From assembly GCA_040437565.1 (NCBI GenBank), contig JBDOQK010000012.1, positions 434,001 through 498,000 of the forward strand: a stretch of DNA of 64,000 nt, in the 5' to 3' direction. Shown here in pieces: positions 22,475 through 35,390 of this stretch. The notes under the pieces are model-generated. The model saw only the letters and a program-made list of their open reading frames with translations, did no database searches and was not told where the DNA came from. This stretch comes from Albugo candida. Lineage: Eukaryota. The translations under genes were made by a program, and so were the position numbers. How positions within the stretch are numbered: the first letter of the stretch is position 1; each line of letters begins with the position of its first letter.

Positions 22475-22832
22475 TTGAATCGGAGAAAATGAGTTCTCCC
22501 TGTCGAATTTTTATCGGTTATTAAAAGTCAGGCGCGACCGCATTGTACAGTCGATAAGAACGTAAATGATACAACTTTATACACTTGTTGCGTTTGATAA
22601 TTTATAGATCGTACACTGCATGATGCTAGCACTACACTGTATATAGCACTTGAGTAGATTAGTTGCTTCCAATTCATCGCGTACAAGCGTCTAATCTTTG
22701 AGCAATACATTGCATTTATCGATCTGTCATCATCCGGCCGTCTACTATTTGGCGACATTTCGATCGCGTCAGACGCTCAAAATGGTGAGATAATCAATTC
22801 CTCAATTAAAGCTGCATTTGAATAACGCTTTG

Positions 22833-24631
22833 ATGCAGGACGTTGAAGCGCTTCTTGATCGCTGGTTCTATGAAAGGAGACTAGAGGACTCGAAAAGGCA
22901 CTGTACTCAACTGCTACATGTCCTACCATCCACAAATCGATGGAATACACAGCGCGATTTCGTTGTCTCTGAACCTTTTTTGATGAATGAAGCAGCAACT
23001 TTTGATACTCTGGACGACCGAAACTATTCTAGCATTGGAGAACAATGTGTGCGTAATTTGAGGATGATTCAAGAACTGAATGAGAAAGAGCACGGACTAG
23101 TCAAGAGAATAAAAAAAGTCTCGCCGCTTGAAGAAATTCGAAAAAAGAATCGAGAACTCGAGCTACGAATGAATATGATTTTAGACACACATCAAATCTC
23201 AGAGAAGAGAAAGCAAAATGATAAAAATGCACACAAGCAGCTCTGTGAGCAAAATGTAAGCTCATTTACTTCAGTGGCGAGAAATGAAAGATACAGATTT
23301 ACACATGAAGAAGAAATCAAGGAGCTTGAAGGTATTCGGATTATATTCTATGCCGACAGTACACAGCGAGACTTCATTTTGTCGTGATAGAAAAACTAGC
23401 GGCGCAGCAGATTTCTCGATCGTCAAGAATTGAAAATGTATATTATGAATACTATTCCAAAAGGGAAGCAAAGGTACCATATGCTGATACATTGAATCGA
23501 GTGACAATTATTGAAGTCGATGTCGGGCTTTTTAGATTCTGATAGAGGAAGTTGCGTCAGAGTTATTACGAGATACAATCACTGACTTTCATGAGGAAAT
23601 GCGATTGGCTTTATTGAAGAAAGAGCTTCGAGCAGATCATAGTATGGCTGTTGCAGATGCGATGAAGATCGGCTCAGACAAGGATGTGATTATTTGTAAA
23701 TTCAACGTCGATCTTACCCGTCAGCATTTTCGTCGCTTACTGCCAAAACAGTGGCTTAATGACGAGGTATTTTGCAATGCGGTTCTCACTGAGAAATAAG
23801 CCGACACTTCCAATGCGTCAGATCATCAATTTCTGGTTTCAATTACTACAAGAATCAAATGCAGCTCTAGCTCACAGCGGGGAGCCCGAGAAATCGTGTC
23901 ACTTTTTCAACTCGTTTTTCTATACAAAGGTGTCTGAAGACGGGTACAACTATCGCAATGTTCGGCGATGGACACGTAAGGTATCGTATCTATCTTCAAT
24001 CAATATCGTATGCTGACGATTCACTCCTTCAGGTCGATTTATTTGGCATGGATAAGATCTTCGTCCCAGTGAATCTCTCTAATGTATGTGTCAGCTTGTG
24101 TCATTAATGCTGTGCTATTGGGGAAGCTTTATGTCTGTTGCTGGCGATAGACACACTGGTGTCTTGCAGTCATTTTCATGAAAGACAAGAAAATTCAGTA
24201 TTACGACTCAATGCGCGGATGCGGCTTGCGTTGTCTTGAGACACTTCGCCGGTAAATTGCTGCTTTAGTTGTGAAGTCCTACCACTGTAGAGTCTCATAA
24301 TTTCAATGCTAGATACATTTGCGATGAAATGAAAGACAAGAAGAACACAGAAATCGTAGTAGACGACTGGGAGCTTATACCGACAACAATCGACACTCCT
24401 CAACAAAAAAACGGCTTTGATTGTGGTGTTTTCACGTGCATCTTTGCCGAATATGTTGTGTCGAATCACGTATGATCACGTGTTACCAAATTTCAACATT
24501 CTGCTGATTTGTATACTTTGCAGGCTCTGGATTTTGTACAGCGAGATATGGAGTATCATCGACAGCGGATGGCATACAACATTCTTCAAGGATCAATAGT
24601 AGTAGGATGTGACGTCATTCCCCAAAAGTAA
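22833..24631 (+). CDS. SUMO/sentrin-specific protease (Ulp1/SENP, peptidase C48), multi-exon
   Basis: LLPKQWLNDE/IINFW, HFFNSFFYTK, NVRRWTRK, HWCLAVI (catalytic His), YYDSM, PQQKNGFDCGVF (catalytic Cys); stop TAA at 24629-24631. Confidence 0.92.
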
Positions 24632-24818
24632 AGGAATACTTGTTGATGAAAAGTAGACTTTGGTCAAGGATACTTATCATTGCAAATTAATTGGAATTCT
24701 TACTATAAATCCATCAAACTGCCCATAAACAGTGTAATTTGATAGTCCTAGCTGTGTTATGAGACCCTTGCGAGAATGATATACTGAAACAAGTATTAAA
24801 CTCGAATATAAGCTTATG

Positions 24819-24992
24819 AGATGAAGGCAACTAAGTGATTTATTTGAGATTCAAGNNNNNNNNNNNNNNNNNNNNNNNNNNNNNNNNNNNNNNNNNNNNN
24901 NNNNNNNNNNNNNNNNNNNNNNNNNNNNNNNNNNNNNNNNNNNNNNNNNNNNNNNAGATGAAGGCAACTAAGTGATTTATTTGAGATTCAAG
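24819..24992. repeat. Short gap-flanking duplication (37 bp) 24819-24855 / 24956-24992 (probable artefact)
   Basis: AGATGAAGGCAACTAAGTGATTTATTTGAGATTCAAG occurs on both sides of the N-run 24856-24955. Confidence 0.85.
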
Positions 24993-25030
24993 CCAAAGGC
25001 AAAATCACAACATTTTCGTCTATTAAAGAT

Positions 25031-27443
25031 TTATGCATCTTCACCATTATCCACGGAATGATTGTCTTCCGATTCATTTTCCTCGGCAGTACTTTTCCCT
25101 GTACATTCTCCTCCTTCCGGCTCAGTGCGCTCCACAGGTATCGCTTTCGTGCTATTCAATCCTTCCTTGTCTGACATCAACGCGAATGGAGGTCGTCGTA
25201 GACATCGACGCTTATTAAACCATCGACGTAATTGTGTCATACTAAAGTCGACCGTTTGCTTCTCCTCTCGCAGCGGAGGCGCATTCAGATGCGAGAGATA
25301 CCCTTCCATTTCATTCTGCGTAGGTTTGTATTTTTCTTGAAACCAGCCCTCCAGTGCAACCACTTGTTTCATTGAGAATTTCATCGGGCGAACAACTTTG
25401 CCTTTTTCTCCACGTTTCGCTGGAGGAGGTCTTGACATTGTGTTACCAGAAGCGGGAGGAGGCGGAGCCAATAAAGTTTTTTCAGCAACTTCTTTTCCAG
25501 AAGAACAAGTCGCACTTTGTCGCCGGATGAATCCCATATTTTCAAGCAACATAATTGTCGACCTCCGAAGAAGTGATGGTTTTCTGTACGTTTTTAAAAC
25601 TGATTTCAGGTCCGCGACCAGATTCGTTTGAATCCGCACCTCTTGTGGAATCTCCAAGGAGCGAAGAATATCGATGACTTGCTGCACGCCATTCATGTTG
25701 ATCGCGTCCTTGGGTAAGGTGAGAAGGTCACGAATTCGAGATTGCATTGCTTGTATTTCTTGCACAGTTGCAAACTTCACGGTACCGCTTTCGTCTGCAT
25801 CTAGTTCTTGGATCCTTTGTCGTTTGACTCGTGTAAGTGGTAGACCCATACCAGAGAGCATGGGCTGATGATCGGATCCGGTAGATGCTCCGTAAGACGC
25901 AGCAATGTATGAATCCATCTTGTCCGCCTTTGTAAATGTTGAAACAAGCGAGTCGTACATTGAGCTCTCCATGCGAACTCGCTCGACCTCATTCACAAGT
26001 TCATTGGGATCCACGCTTTTTCGTAGTTCGTGTATGCGTTGTTCGATCCTGAAATCAACCTCTTCTTCTGCTGCAACCGCATCCCTTCCTGCTTCAATTG
26101 CAAGTCGAACATAGCTCATCCGCTCCCGATACCTTCTTCGTTTGAACCAGTCTCGAATTTGCGCCACTGTCAGCCCATTCACTTGGAATGGATTCGCATA
26201 AGGGTGGTAATTGAGTATAGTTCGCATCAACGTCAACTCATCGGATAACGGTCTTGGGTACAAATGATACCAATCTTCCATTTTCTTTAGTTGTAACGAT
26301 GAATACATACGCGATACAGGTGCTTTCGAGCTTCGTGCTCGTTCTTGCGCAATGGTTTTGGCAGCGGCATTGGTAGTCATTGAATGTATCGCATTGTTCA
26401 TTGATTCCAACGCGGTCTCCTCCAATCGAACTTTTGCAATCAGGCTGGCTTCACCCTGTAAACTAGCACTTTGAACCATTTCAGTTAATTCTCGCAGACG
26501 CTCCATCGACGCTTCAATTCGTAGCAGCACTCGATCCGTCTGTTCTTCCATAAATTCGTGCACTTTACCCTTACTTTCATCTTCCACCGGTTTCCGCTTG
26601 GATTTTACTTCGCTTCCTTTCAATTCTGTTTCCGCGGGATGCTTGGGTGCATTTCGATTACTTAAAATCAGACTAAGTGCATGTTCACACTCACAATTGG
26701 ATTCTTGGGTGTTTTTGCGTGTGGTAGTGCTCTTACGAGCGCGATCCCTTGCGTCCGAGAGACTTTTAATCTCCAATAAAACGTTATCAAAACCATTGAT
26801 CAACTACAGACGCAACTATGAAGCCTCATGTCACTCGCGCAACATCATACTGATATTTACCTGAGACGTTTTCGAAAGTATTGCTTTGTTGTATTGTTTT
26901 CCAGCGTCAATGCTCGCGCCAATCACTTTATTGACCTACGCACAAAATGAGTACAAGTACTCCTTTGAGAAAGGTAGACAATGCGCATCGTACCATCTCC
27001 ACCGCCGGTTCAAAGTCAAAACATTCCCATGATTTTTGCTCGAGATCATCTTCCGAGCATTCGTAGTCACTGATTGGATTAATGACATGCACATCCTTGC
27101 TTGATGGATCAAAAAATACATTTTCTGAGTGTGTGGCTTCTATCATTGCAGAATGAGCTCGTTTTTTGTGATCGATCAAACAGTGCGATGGTTCTTCTTT
27201 GATAACGTGCGTCTCTTCCTTTTCGTTCGGGTGGCCATTTATGAAATGTGCGTTCGTATTACTACTTATTTCTGGGCTCGGAGTGTTAATAAAATGCGCA
27301 TTGCTGAGCGAATTTATAGTGTTTGATGCGGTGAGTGAGGTTATACTTTGCGGTAAAACCATTCCCGGCTCACGTTTTATTTTCTCTGAAGCAACGCGAG
27401 CGTCCTCACAGATAAAATTCATCTTCATCGCTGCAGAGCTCAT
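25031..27443 (-). CDS. Putative transcription factor with two atypical homeodomains and a possible TFIIS-N-like helical domain; multi-exon (5' end duplicated to 27870 by the gap artefact)
   Basis: HD1 YSSLQLKKMEDWY...P...LN...TVAQIRDWFKRRRYRER; HD2 FSMKQVVALEGWF...KP...LN...SMTQLRRWFNKRR; upstream exon 27443 to ~26993. Confidence 0.8.
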
Positions 27444-27879
27444 AATGAACGCNNNNNNNNNNNNNNNNNNNNNNNNNNNNNNNNNNNNNNNNNNNNNNNN
27501 NNNNNNNNNNNNNNNNNNNNNNNNNNNNNNNNNNNNNNNNNNNNNNNNNNNNTGAGTGTGTGGCTTCTATCATTGCAGAATGAGCTCGTTTTTTGTGATC
27601 GATCAAACAGTGCGATGGTTCTTCTTTGATAACGTGCGTCTCTTCCTTTTCGTTCGGGTGGCCATTTATGAAATGTGCGTTCGTATTACTACTTATTTCT
27701 GGGCTCGGAGTGTTAATAAAATGCGCATTGCTGAGCGAATTTATAGTGTTTGATGCGGTGAGTGAGGTTATACTTTGCGGTAAAACCATTCCCGGCTCAC
27801 GTTTTATTTTCTCTGAAGCAACGCGAGCGTCCTCACAGATAAAATTCATCTTCATCGCTGCAGAGCTCATAATGAACGC
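27126..27879. repeat. Gap-flanking direct duplication 27126-27452 / 27553-27879 (probable artefact)
   Basis: Identical at offset 427 around the N-run 27453-27552. Confidence 0.85.
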
Positions 27880-28162
27880 TCAATAAAGTGCGTGTTTGCT
27901 ACAGTTGAATTGGTAGCACACACAATTTGTATTGTGAGTCGTTTAGTCGTTCTACTGGTTTTCTTTCTACCTCCCCTTAGTTCTTGCTAAAATTTGCTCT
28001 TAGTTTTTAGGTAGCAGATATTGTTTTTTATTGAGGGGATGATAAAGACCGAGAAACACACCTTCTTCATCCATCAGTAATAAAATCTTTACAATAAGCG
28101 TATACCACCCCTTCCCCTGAGGTTGCACGAAGGTCGCACAGAGCGATTCTGGACAGCCAGAA

Positions 28163-29754
28163 ATGCTGACAGAAAACTGTGTTTTAAAAGGCCATTCGGA
28201 TCGAATTTGGCACATTTCGTGGCGAAAAGATGGAAATGCAATTGCTTCATGTAGTGGAGATCGAACGATTCGAATATGGAAACCACTGATGGATATGAAT
28301 CTTCAGAAAATGACATGGCAATGTGTCGCTATTTTGGAAGACGCTCAAAATCGAACAATTCGTGCATGTGAATGGTACGACCTATTTTTGATGTTTTCAG
28401 AATGTGATATATGATGAATTTTGATGTGAGTGAAGGTCTAATGATGGAAAGTATATCGCGACCGTAAGTTTTGATGCAACAGCAGTCATTTGGGAGGACC
28501 AAAATGGATCGTTTGATGTGATTGCTTCTCTTGAAGGTCATGAAAGTGAGATCAAAAGTGTTGCTTGGAGTCCATCAGGGTCGTACCTTGCAACTTGTAG
28601 TCGAGACAAAAGTGTATGGATTTGGGATGCTGATCCAGAAACAGATTTTGAGTGTATTTCAGTACTGCATGGACACACGCAAGACGTCAAGTCTGTAAAA
28701 TGGCATCCAACTTCCGACATTCTCTTTTCTGCAAGTTATGATGACACGATACGTGTGTGGGATGAAAATGAAGATGATTGGTACTGCAAACAGACGCTAC
28801 AGGGTACGGATATTTGTGATAGTCATCCAGAACATCGCTGACCGCTCTATGTACAAAAGGACATGAATCGACTGTGTGGGGGATCACCTTGAATGCTAAA
28901 GGAGATTTATTAGCCAGTTGTTCTGATGACAATACCATTATAATCTGGAGATTCTGTGAAACCTCTCAAGATGTCCAAANNNNNNNNNNNNNNNNNNNNN
29001 NNNNNNNNNNNNNNNNNNNNNNNNNNNNNNNNNNNNNNNNNNNNNNNNNNNNNNNNNNNNNNNNNNNNNNNNNNNNNNNGTCTGTAAAATGGCATCCAAC
29101 TTCCGACATTCTCTTTTCTGCAAGTTATGATGACACGATACGTGTGTGGGATGAAAATGAAGATGATTGGTACTGCAAACAGACGCTACAGGGTACGGAT
29201 ATTTGTGATAGTCATCCAGAACATCGCTGACCGCTCTATGTACAAAAGGACATGAATCGACTGTGTGGGGGATCACCTTGAATGCTAAAGGAGATTTATT
29301 AGCCAGTTGTTCTGATGACAATACCATTATAATCTGGAGATTCTGTGAAACCTCTCAAGATGTCCAAAATGACGGCGAGTGAGTTGCCGTATCTGCTTCG
29401 TTAACCGCGTCTGAGCAAATCTCTTGATCGTACAGGCCTATGCTTTGGAAAATGGATCGTACACTTTCTGGCTTCCACACACGCACTATTTACAGTATTG
29501 ATTGGGAGCCATCGCATAATTATATCGTCACAGGTGCAGGAGACGATAGCATTCGGATATTCCATTGGTCATCCTTGGGTGACACGAGCACTCGCTCGCA
29601 ATGTGATTCAATTTACGTGCAAAAAAGCGCACATGGAGGTGATGTGAACTGTGTACGCTGGAGTCCCGTGAGAGATCCCGCAGGAAATCTGCTGTTAGCT
29701 TCCGCCGGCGACGACGACGCCCTCCGAGTTTGGAACGCACATATTGATATATAG
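28163..29754 (+). CDS. CIAO1: Cytosolic Fe-S assembly WD40 protein CIA1/CIAO1, multi-exon (28691-28979 duplicated across a gap)
   Basis: [96 protein letters not shown]. Confidence 0.95.
28691..29368. repeat. Gap-flanking direct duplication 28691-28979 / 29080-29368 (probable artefact)
   Basis: Identical at offset 389 around the N-run 28980-29079. Confidence 0.85.
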
Positions 29755-29798
29755 CGGTTATATCACCGTTAATAGAAACGATAACTGCAAAATTCGAA

Positions 29799-31131
29799 AT
29801 GAGCGAAAGTGAGCTTCCGACAGAATTATGTAATGAATTTCGTTGGGCTTTATTTTCCAATGATAAGAACACTTCCGACTGTCACGAATGGAACAAAGAG
29901 ACAGATGTCGATCTCCTGGATCAGGTTACTAGTTTGAATGCAAGTGGAGATAGATTCCCATTGGGTATCGACTGTAAGAAAGCATTTACGACTGTCCGTA
30001 TCTTGTCACTGCTTCATGCCACATTTGCATAACTAGGGATAGAAATATCTAAGCGTACAGGCCAATCTCCTGCTGAGTGCGTTAAGCGCTACGCTCTTCT
30101 ACACGACAAATTTACACACTCAATCTCTCATCAGGAGGAGCCACAATCGGACAGCGCCCTTGTGCGTGAGAGCGAACACGAAGCTCACTCAATTGAAGCG
30201 CGTTCCAGCGCCAATTCGTCTCCTCGGTCAAGCGCTCATAGCTTTCATTCAGCCAAAGCGAGTGAGATACAAACTCGAGAAGATTCTCAGTCGAGAATGA
30301 ACGTCGCCAATTCGATCGCTTCGCCTCGATATGTGCGATCAATTGACCGTTTTGAAGAGCTAGCAGTAGGATCTCCTCTTTCGCCTCCGTTCGCAGTGCG
30401 TCGTCGCGGAGGTAAATTGATACATTACTGATATACACCTCAGACTATTTACAGATTTTTTTTAGAGGACGATCCGAATCAAAGTAGAGAATCGGTCGAC
30501 GCGGAAAGATCACTTCCAGAACTTCAACTACCGCCGTATCTTGTTCGTCAAGCGCGTTGGGGGTCGTCTATCGAGATATTAGAGCAAAAAGCCCAGACTG
30601 ATACTTCTCTGGAGCCACGACACACCTTGGTGCGTATCTTACAGAAAAGATTGATGGAGATTGATATATGCAGGCAGGTGAGCGTATCCTGGAGCATGCA
30701 TTCAAGGACTCTCCATCCGGTAAAGAGTCAACCCGCAGCAAGAGTGAGGAAATCCTACTAAACGTGTCAAAGAGAAGCGATTGCAATCAGTTGATCGCCG
30801 AGTTCAGGCAAGTCAACGCGATGATGTTGCATGTCGAGACATCACTTGGACGGGAGGATCCGTTTGCAGGTGATTAAGCTTTGGTATCTGCACCATCTTG
30901 CAATATATGACAGTATCTGCAGGCTCGGTGACCCAATCAGCGCTAGAAGAAGCATTTCTTGACTTAGCTGGATCGCGTTTAGATGCGTCAAGGTATCGAT
31001 CACATCAATACTCAATCTTATCAATCTGATAGCTTTGTAATTTCAGCGCATTGCTCGGTAGCACCTTTACTTTGCCTTCTACCATTCAAAATCGCTCGCA
31101 AAGCGCTCAAAACGATGGATTAGAGAAATGA
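29799..31131 (+). CDS. Myb/SANT-like domain protein, multi-exon
   Basis: EWNKETDVDLLDQV ... IEISKRTGQSPAECVKRYALLHDKF fits a single SANT/Myb repeat; Ser/Pro-rich middle; last exons VTQSALEEAFLDLA.../...NDGLEK* (TGA 31129-31131). Exon structure only partly resolved. Confidence 0.6.
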
Positions 31132-31186
31132 TAGAGAAACATACAATGATAAAAAATGTTTTTTCATACAATGCACTTGTATTCGA

Positions 31187-32203
31187 TTACTTTTTCTGTA
31201 CCAAATTTCGCGAAGGTAACTGCATGATTTTCTCTCTCTTTCTTTGATCTGCTTCCTTGAATTTCGCATATCCGTACAAAATGCCTCCAATCATACCAAA
31301 AGTGACGTAGATAGCAGTATCCGATCGGAGCGTCTCGCCTAATAGAAGCACGCCGATAAAAGTGGTTGGAATCTTGTTGAGGCCTCCCACGGTCGCATAT
31401 GTTGTCGCAGATGTGACTGAGACGCACCAAAACGATGCGAGGTTCAATCCGACACCCAAGACACCGCTCAGTAACAACAAGTAATCGAACCTCAGGTCCT
31501 TAAGCAGCGGATTACTCCAAAGAGTAAATGCTTCTCCATTGAAAATCATTGGCGGTAACAACAATGGAATCGAGATCAAGTTATTATAGAAAGCCATTCC
31601 GAATTTCGATATTCTCAAATTGGATTTTGAAGTCACAAATCGCATATACAAAACGTAACTCGCTGTACAGATGCAATTTATCATCATCCAGCAGTATCCC
31701 AATATCGAGCTCTCCGACGTACGACCACCAATATCGCTGTAACAAGACATGATTGCTCCGGCCAGCATAACTGCTAAACTTGCGATCACCATCCACCCAA
31801 CCTTTTCCCCAAATAGCTGCCACTCACCAGAAACAATGATGATATTGGTGACATTCTTAAATACGGTCACGATATGGATCGGTAATCCAGCAGTTGCTTG
31901 CGTCGAAGTGTATAGCATTGCAACAAAGAAGAAGCTTACTGGTGCCCATTTCTTCGCTATTGTACGGTCAAACGGATCATACTGAATCCAACTACGATAC
32001 TTTGCGATTTCCAAGACTGCAACTGCGACCGCGGCTTGCACTGCGACAATGAAAAAAGCCTCTTTGAATCCGTAATACTGACGTCCTACCAAGTACCGAT
32101 TTGTGAGTACCATGACGTTCGACATCAGGCTGTAGACAATACATGATAGAATAGATACATATAAAGATCCATCCACGATCTTATCGCTACTCTTTCCGCT
32201 CAT
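31187..32203 (-). CDS. Golgi GDP-mannose/GDP-sugar transporter (VRG4/GONST-like), single exon, 338 aa
   Basis: About 10 TM segments; TVFKNVTNII, MAFYNNLISIP, and TSATTYATVGGLNKIP containing the GxLNK GDP-sugar motif. Confidence 0.9.
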   Translation of the reverse strand: MSGKSSDKIVDGSLYVSILSCIVYSLMSNVMVLTNRYLVGRQYYGFKEAFFIVAVQAAVAVAVLEIAKYRSWIQYDPFDRTIAKKWAPVSFFFVAMLYTSTQATAGLPIHIVTVFKNVTNIIIVSGEWQLFGEKVGWMVIASLAVMLAGAIMSCYSDIGGRTSESSILGYCWMMINCICTASYVLYMRFVTSKSNLRISKFGMAFYNNLISIPLLLPPMIFNGEAFTLWSNPLLKDLRFDYLLLLSGVLGVGLNLASFWCVSVTSATTYATVGGLNKIPTTFIGVLLLGETLRSDTAIYVTFGMIGGILYGYAKFKEADQRKREKIMQLPSRNLVQKK

Positions 32204-32321
32204 TGCGTCGCGGTATCTGCCAAAGGACTCGAATGATAATACTTTCTATATATCCAGCATCAGTAGTCCTGTGCCGGTGTGTTACCGGTAAATAGGTGCT
32301 ATATCATGAGGCTGACGCAGT

Positions 32322-34346
32322 ATGATTGAGCATCGACTTTGCGGAGCGAATGCGTCCAAATTAAAACGTATGATGCAACACCAACAGCTGGGGAGGAATC
32401 TATATTGTTTGCTGATTAGGTTTTGTAGATAATACGAATCAAGTTGATAAGGAACGACCTCTATGGAACGACGATGTCAAGACAAAATCTTTGGGCTACT
32501 TTGACAAGTCTCTGTCAAAAAATGGAATTCTTCGGCCTCTCTCCTCACAAACAAGACACAAGACGAGTAATCGAAGCATTCCGAATGCAATGAACATCTC
32601 AAAACCTTCCAGAAGCGCAACAAATCCTCGTCAAAATGCACGAAAAAAACATGAGATTAAAGCAAAGAAAGACTTTATTAGGAAAAATATTGAGCGAGTA
32701 ACAGGAATGTCAATGAGAGAAAGAGACTTGATAGAGAGAAGAAAAGCAAGGAGACGCATTTCCTCACGTCCGATCGACTTGATCCGCTCTCCTCGCTCCA
32801 CGAAATGTCATTCGAATGCACATTCAAAAGTCTTCAAAAATCTTCAAAAATCTGTTGAGGGTCACAATGATGTTGCAGAAACCTCCAAAGGAAAGATACA
32901 AAAGCTTGAAACACATGATTGGGACCAATCGAGCACGTTTGCCGCTCGTGTGTTTGCCGAATTGGATGAAGACGGACGGAATGCGATCGGAATCGAGCAG
33001 ATAATTCATGGGTTACGCTTACTTGGGCTCCCAGCAACTCACAATCAGGTAGGGACGTTATTATTCGCTATATGGAAAATAGCCTAAAGAATGCAACAGG
33101 TCGCAGATTACGTCTATCTTATTCATGAAGGAGAAAGCGATTGCATCAATGAAGAAGAATGGGAAATCCTCGTGAGCACGTTGGATGCAGCATCTGTTCA
33201 CTCTGTCTATCCGAATCAGCATTACACCACAATCAACGCCACCTCGACAATCCCACTCAATACTCACCCTGTAAAGCCGTCTCGTCCTGAATCGGCTTTG
33301 ATCAAGAAGAGCAAAGCATCGACGAAGCGATTACAGGAGTGTACAACACACATCGACCAAAGCTTCATAAAAGACCTGCACGTACGCGATCGGACATTCT
33401 CTAACATCGACTATACGGATAAATTTATAGGGGAAAGTGGACGAGATGGTGGAGCAAGCATATCAAGCAGCCTATATACGCTGGAATCCTTCTGGTGCTT
33501 CAAATAATCAGAAGGAAGCTCAATTGAATCCCGAAAAAGCTCTCAATCGCGCGGTCACGATAATGTCAGGGCTCAAGGTACAAATTGATGTCTTCATCCT
33601 TACAGATAGAAACTGAACAATGCCAAGTCTACGTTCTATCCTCTAGTACATCAAGCAGAAGAAACACTCAAAGAGCTTCGAAAGCGACATGGAGCGAATT
33701 TATCTCTGATAGTACCAGCGGAGGATCTAAGCCGTATCAGCTTCCACTCGGAAGAACTTGCATCCAATATCCTCGACGATCTCCTATTGGTACACCTACC
33801 TACAAATTTGACTGTCAACGTGCTCATTTTTGCTTGAATGGAAGGATACCATCCACTGCTTGAATCAGATTGAGCGGCAAAAAAGTCAGCAAAAGTTACA
33901 GTCAGAGCACCTCCAACAGCTTGCTGCTATTGCAGATCGCATTGGAAGAATCGAAATGGAAGAAGCACAAGCGAAGAAACTAGTTGAACATCTCGATGAA
34001 CCGTCGGAATCTGCGGTGGTTCCTACTGACCCAGTGACTTTTAACACGTCCAGGAACGATCCAGTCACTCTTCTCGATAGTCCACTGCGTCAACGTATTG
34101 AAAAGCAAAAGCGTGACTTTGCATTCCATAGAAGATTAGTCGAAGCTTCGCTGGAAAGTACAGGGATGAGTCAGTCTTGTGTCGTGGAAATGTGAGTTTA
34201 TTGTGAGTTGTCTCGTTAGTGCTCAGCTCACATGTGCATCCTTCAGCTTGGAAGACCTCATTTTGGAAGATTTGATGATCGAAGCAGCTTCCGAACTGGA
34301 AAACAATGTCCATATTCTAGCAGATGCAATGTCGACACTTCTCTAA
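32322..34346 (+). CDS. Hypothetical multi-exon protein with an EF-hand pair and C-terminal helical domain
   Basis: ATG at 32322 splices in phase to the exon starting at 32429; VFAELDEDGRNAIGIEQI and IHEGESDCINEEEW are EF-hand-like; last exon LEDLILEDLMIEAASELENNVHILADAMSTLL*. Confidence 0.65.
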
Positions 34347-35390
34347 GCTGTGGTCTTGAAGAGAACACTCGGCGATCGAAAGAGGATGAGAAAACAAAAT
34401 CTGTCATTCGGAAATCACCGCTACTTTTGGCTCGCAGCTTTGAGTTTAATGACAAATCGCAACGCATCGACCCATTCATTACGTTTGCTTCGCTTTGTTT
34501 CGATACTATCGCCATCCAAAACCTACTTTGAGTCTCGTTAAAGTATCAGATACGCCATCGATCGAAATTGACGTACCTCGAGATCGAGTGTGCGATTATT
34601 TTCGTACTCGATTGAAAAGCACAAATCTGTTTGTGTCTCTTTCCTCGCAACATCTTTACGTATCGCACGTTCAAATACTTTAGTTTGCTGTCCCACAAGC
34701 ACATTACGAATCGCTCGAGTGGAAATTACTGCTTTGGGGACATCANNNNNNNNNNNNNNNNNNNNNNNNNNNNNNNNNNNNNNNNNNNNNNNNNNNNNNN
34801 NNNNNNNNNNNNNNNNNNNNNNNNNNNNNNNNNNNNNNNNNNNNNTTGTGAGTTGTCTCGTTAGTGCTCAGCTCACATGTGCATCCTTCAGCTTGGAAGA
34901 CCTCATTTTGGAAGATTTGATGATCGAAGCAGCTTCCGAACTGGAAAACAATGTCCATATTCTAGCAGATGCAATGTCGACACTTCTCTAAGCTGTGGTC
35001 TTGAAGAGAACACTCGGCGATCGAAAGAGGATGAGAAAACAAAATCTGTCATTCGGAAATCACCGCTACTTTTGGCTCGCAGCTTTGAGTTTAATGACAA
35101 ATCGCAACGCATCGACCCATTCATTACGTTTGCTTCGCTTTGTTTCGATACTATCGCCATCCAAAACCTACTTTGAGTCTCGTTAAAGTATCAGATACGC
35201 CATCGATCGAAATTGACGTACCTCGAGATCGAGTGTGCGATTATTTTCGTACTCGATTGAAAAGCACAAATCTGTTTGTGTCTCTTTCCTCGCAACATCT
35301 TTACGTATCGCACGTTCAAATACTTTAGTTTGCTGTCCCACAAGCACATTACGAATCGCTCGAGTGGAAATTACTGCTTTGGGGACATCA
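34201..35390. repeat. Gap-flanking direct duplication 34201-34745 / 34846-35390 (probable artefact)
   Basis: Identical at offset 645 around the N-run 34746-34845. Confidence 0.85.
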
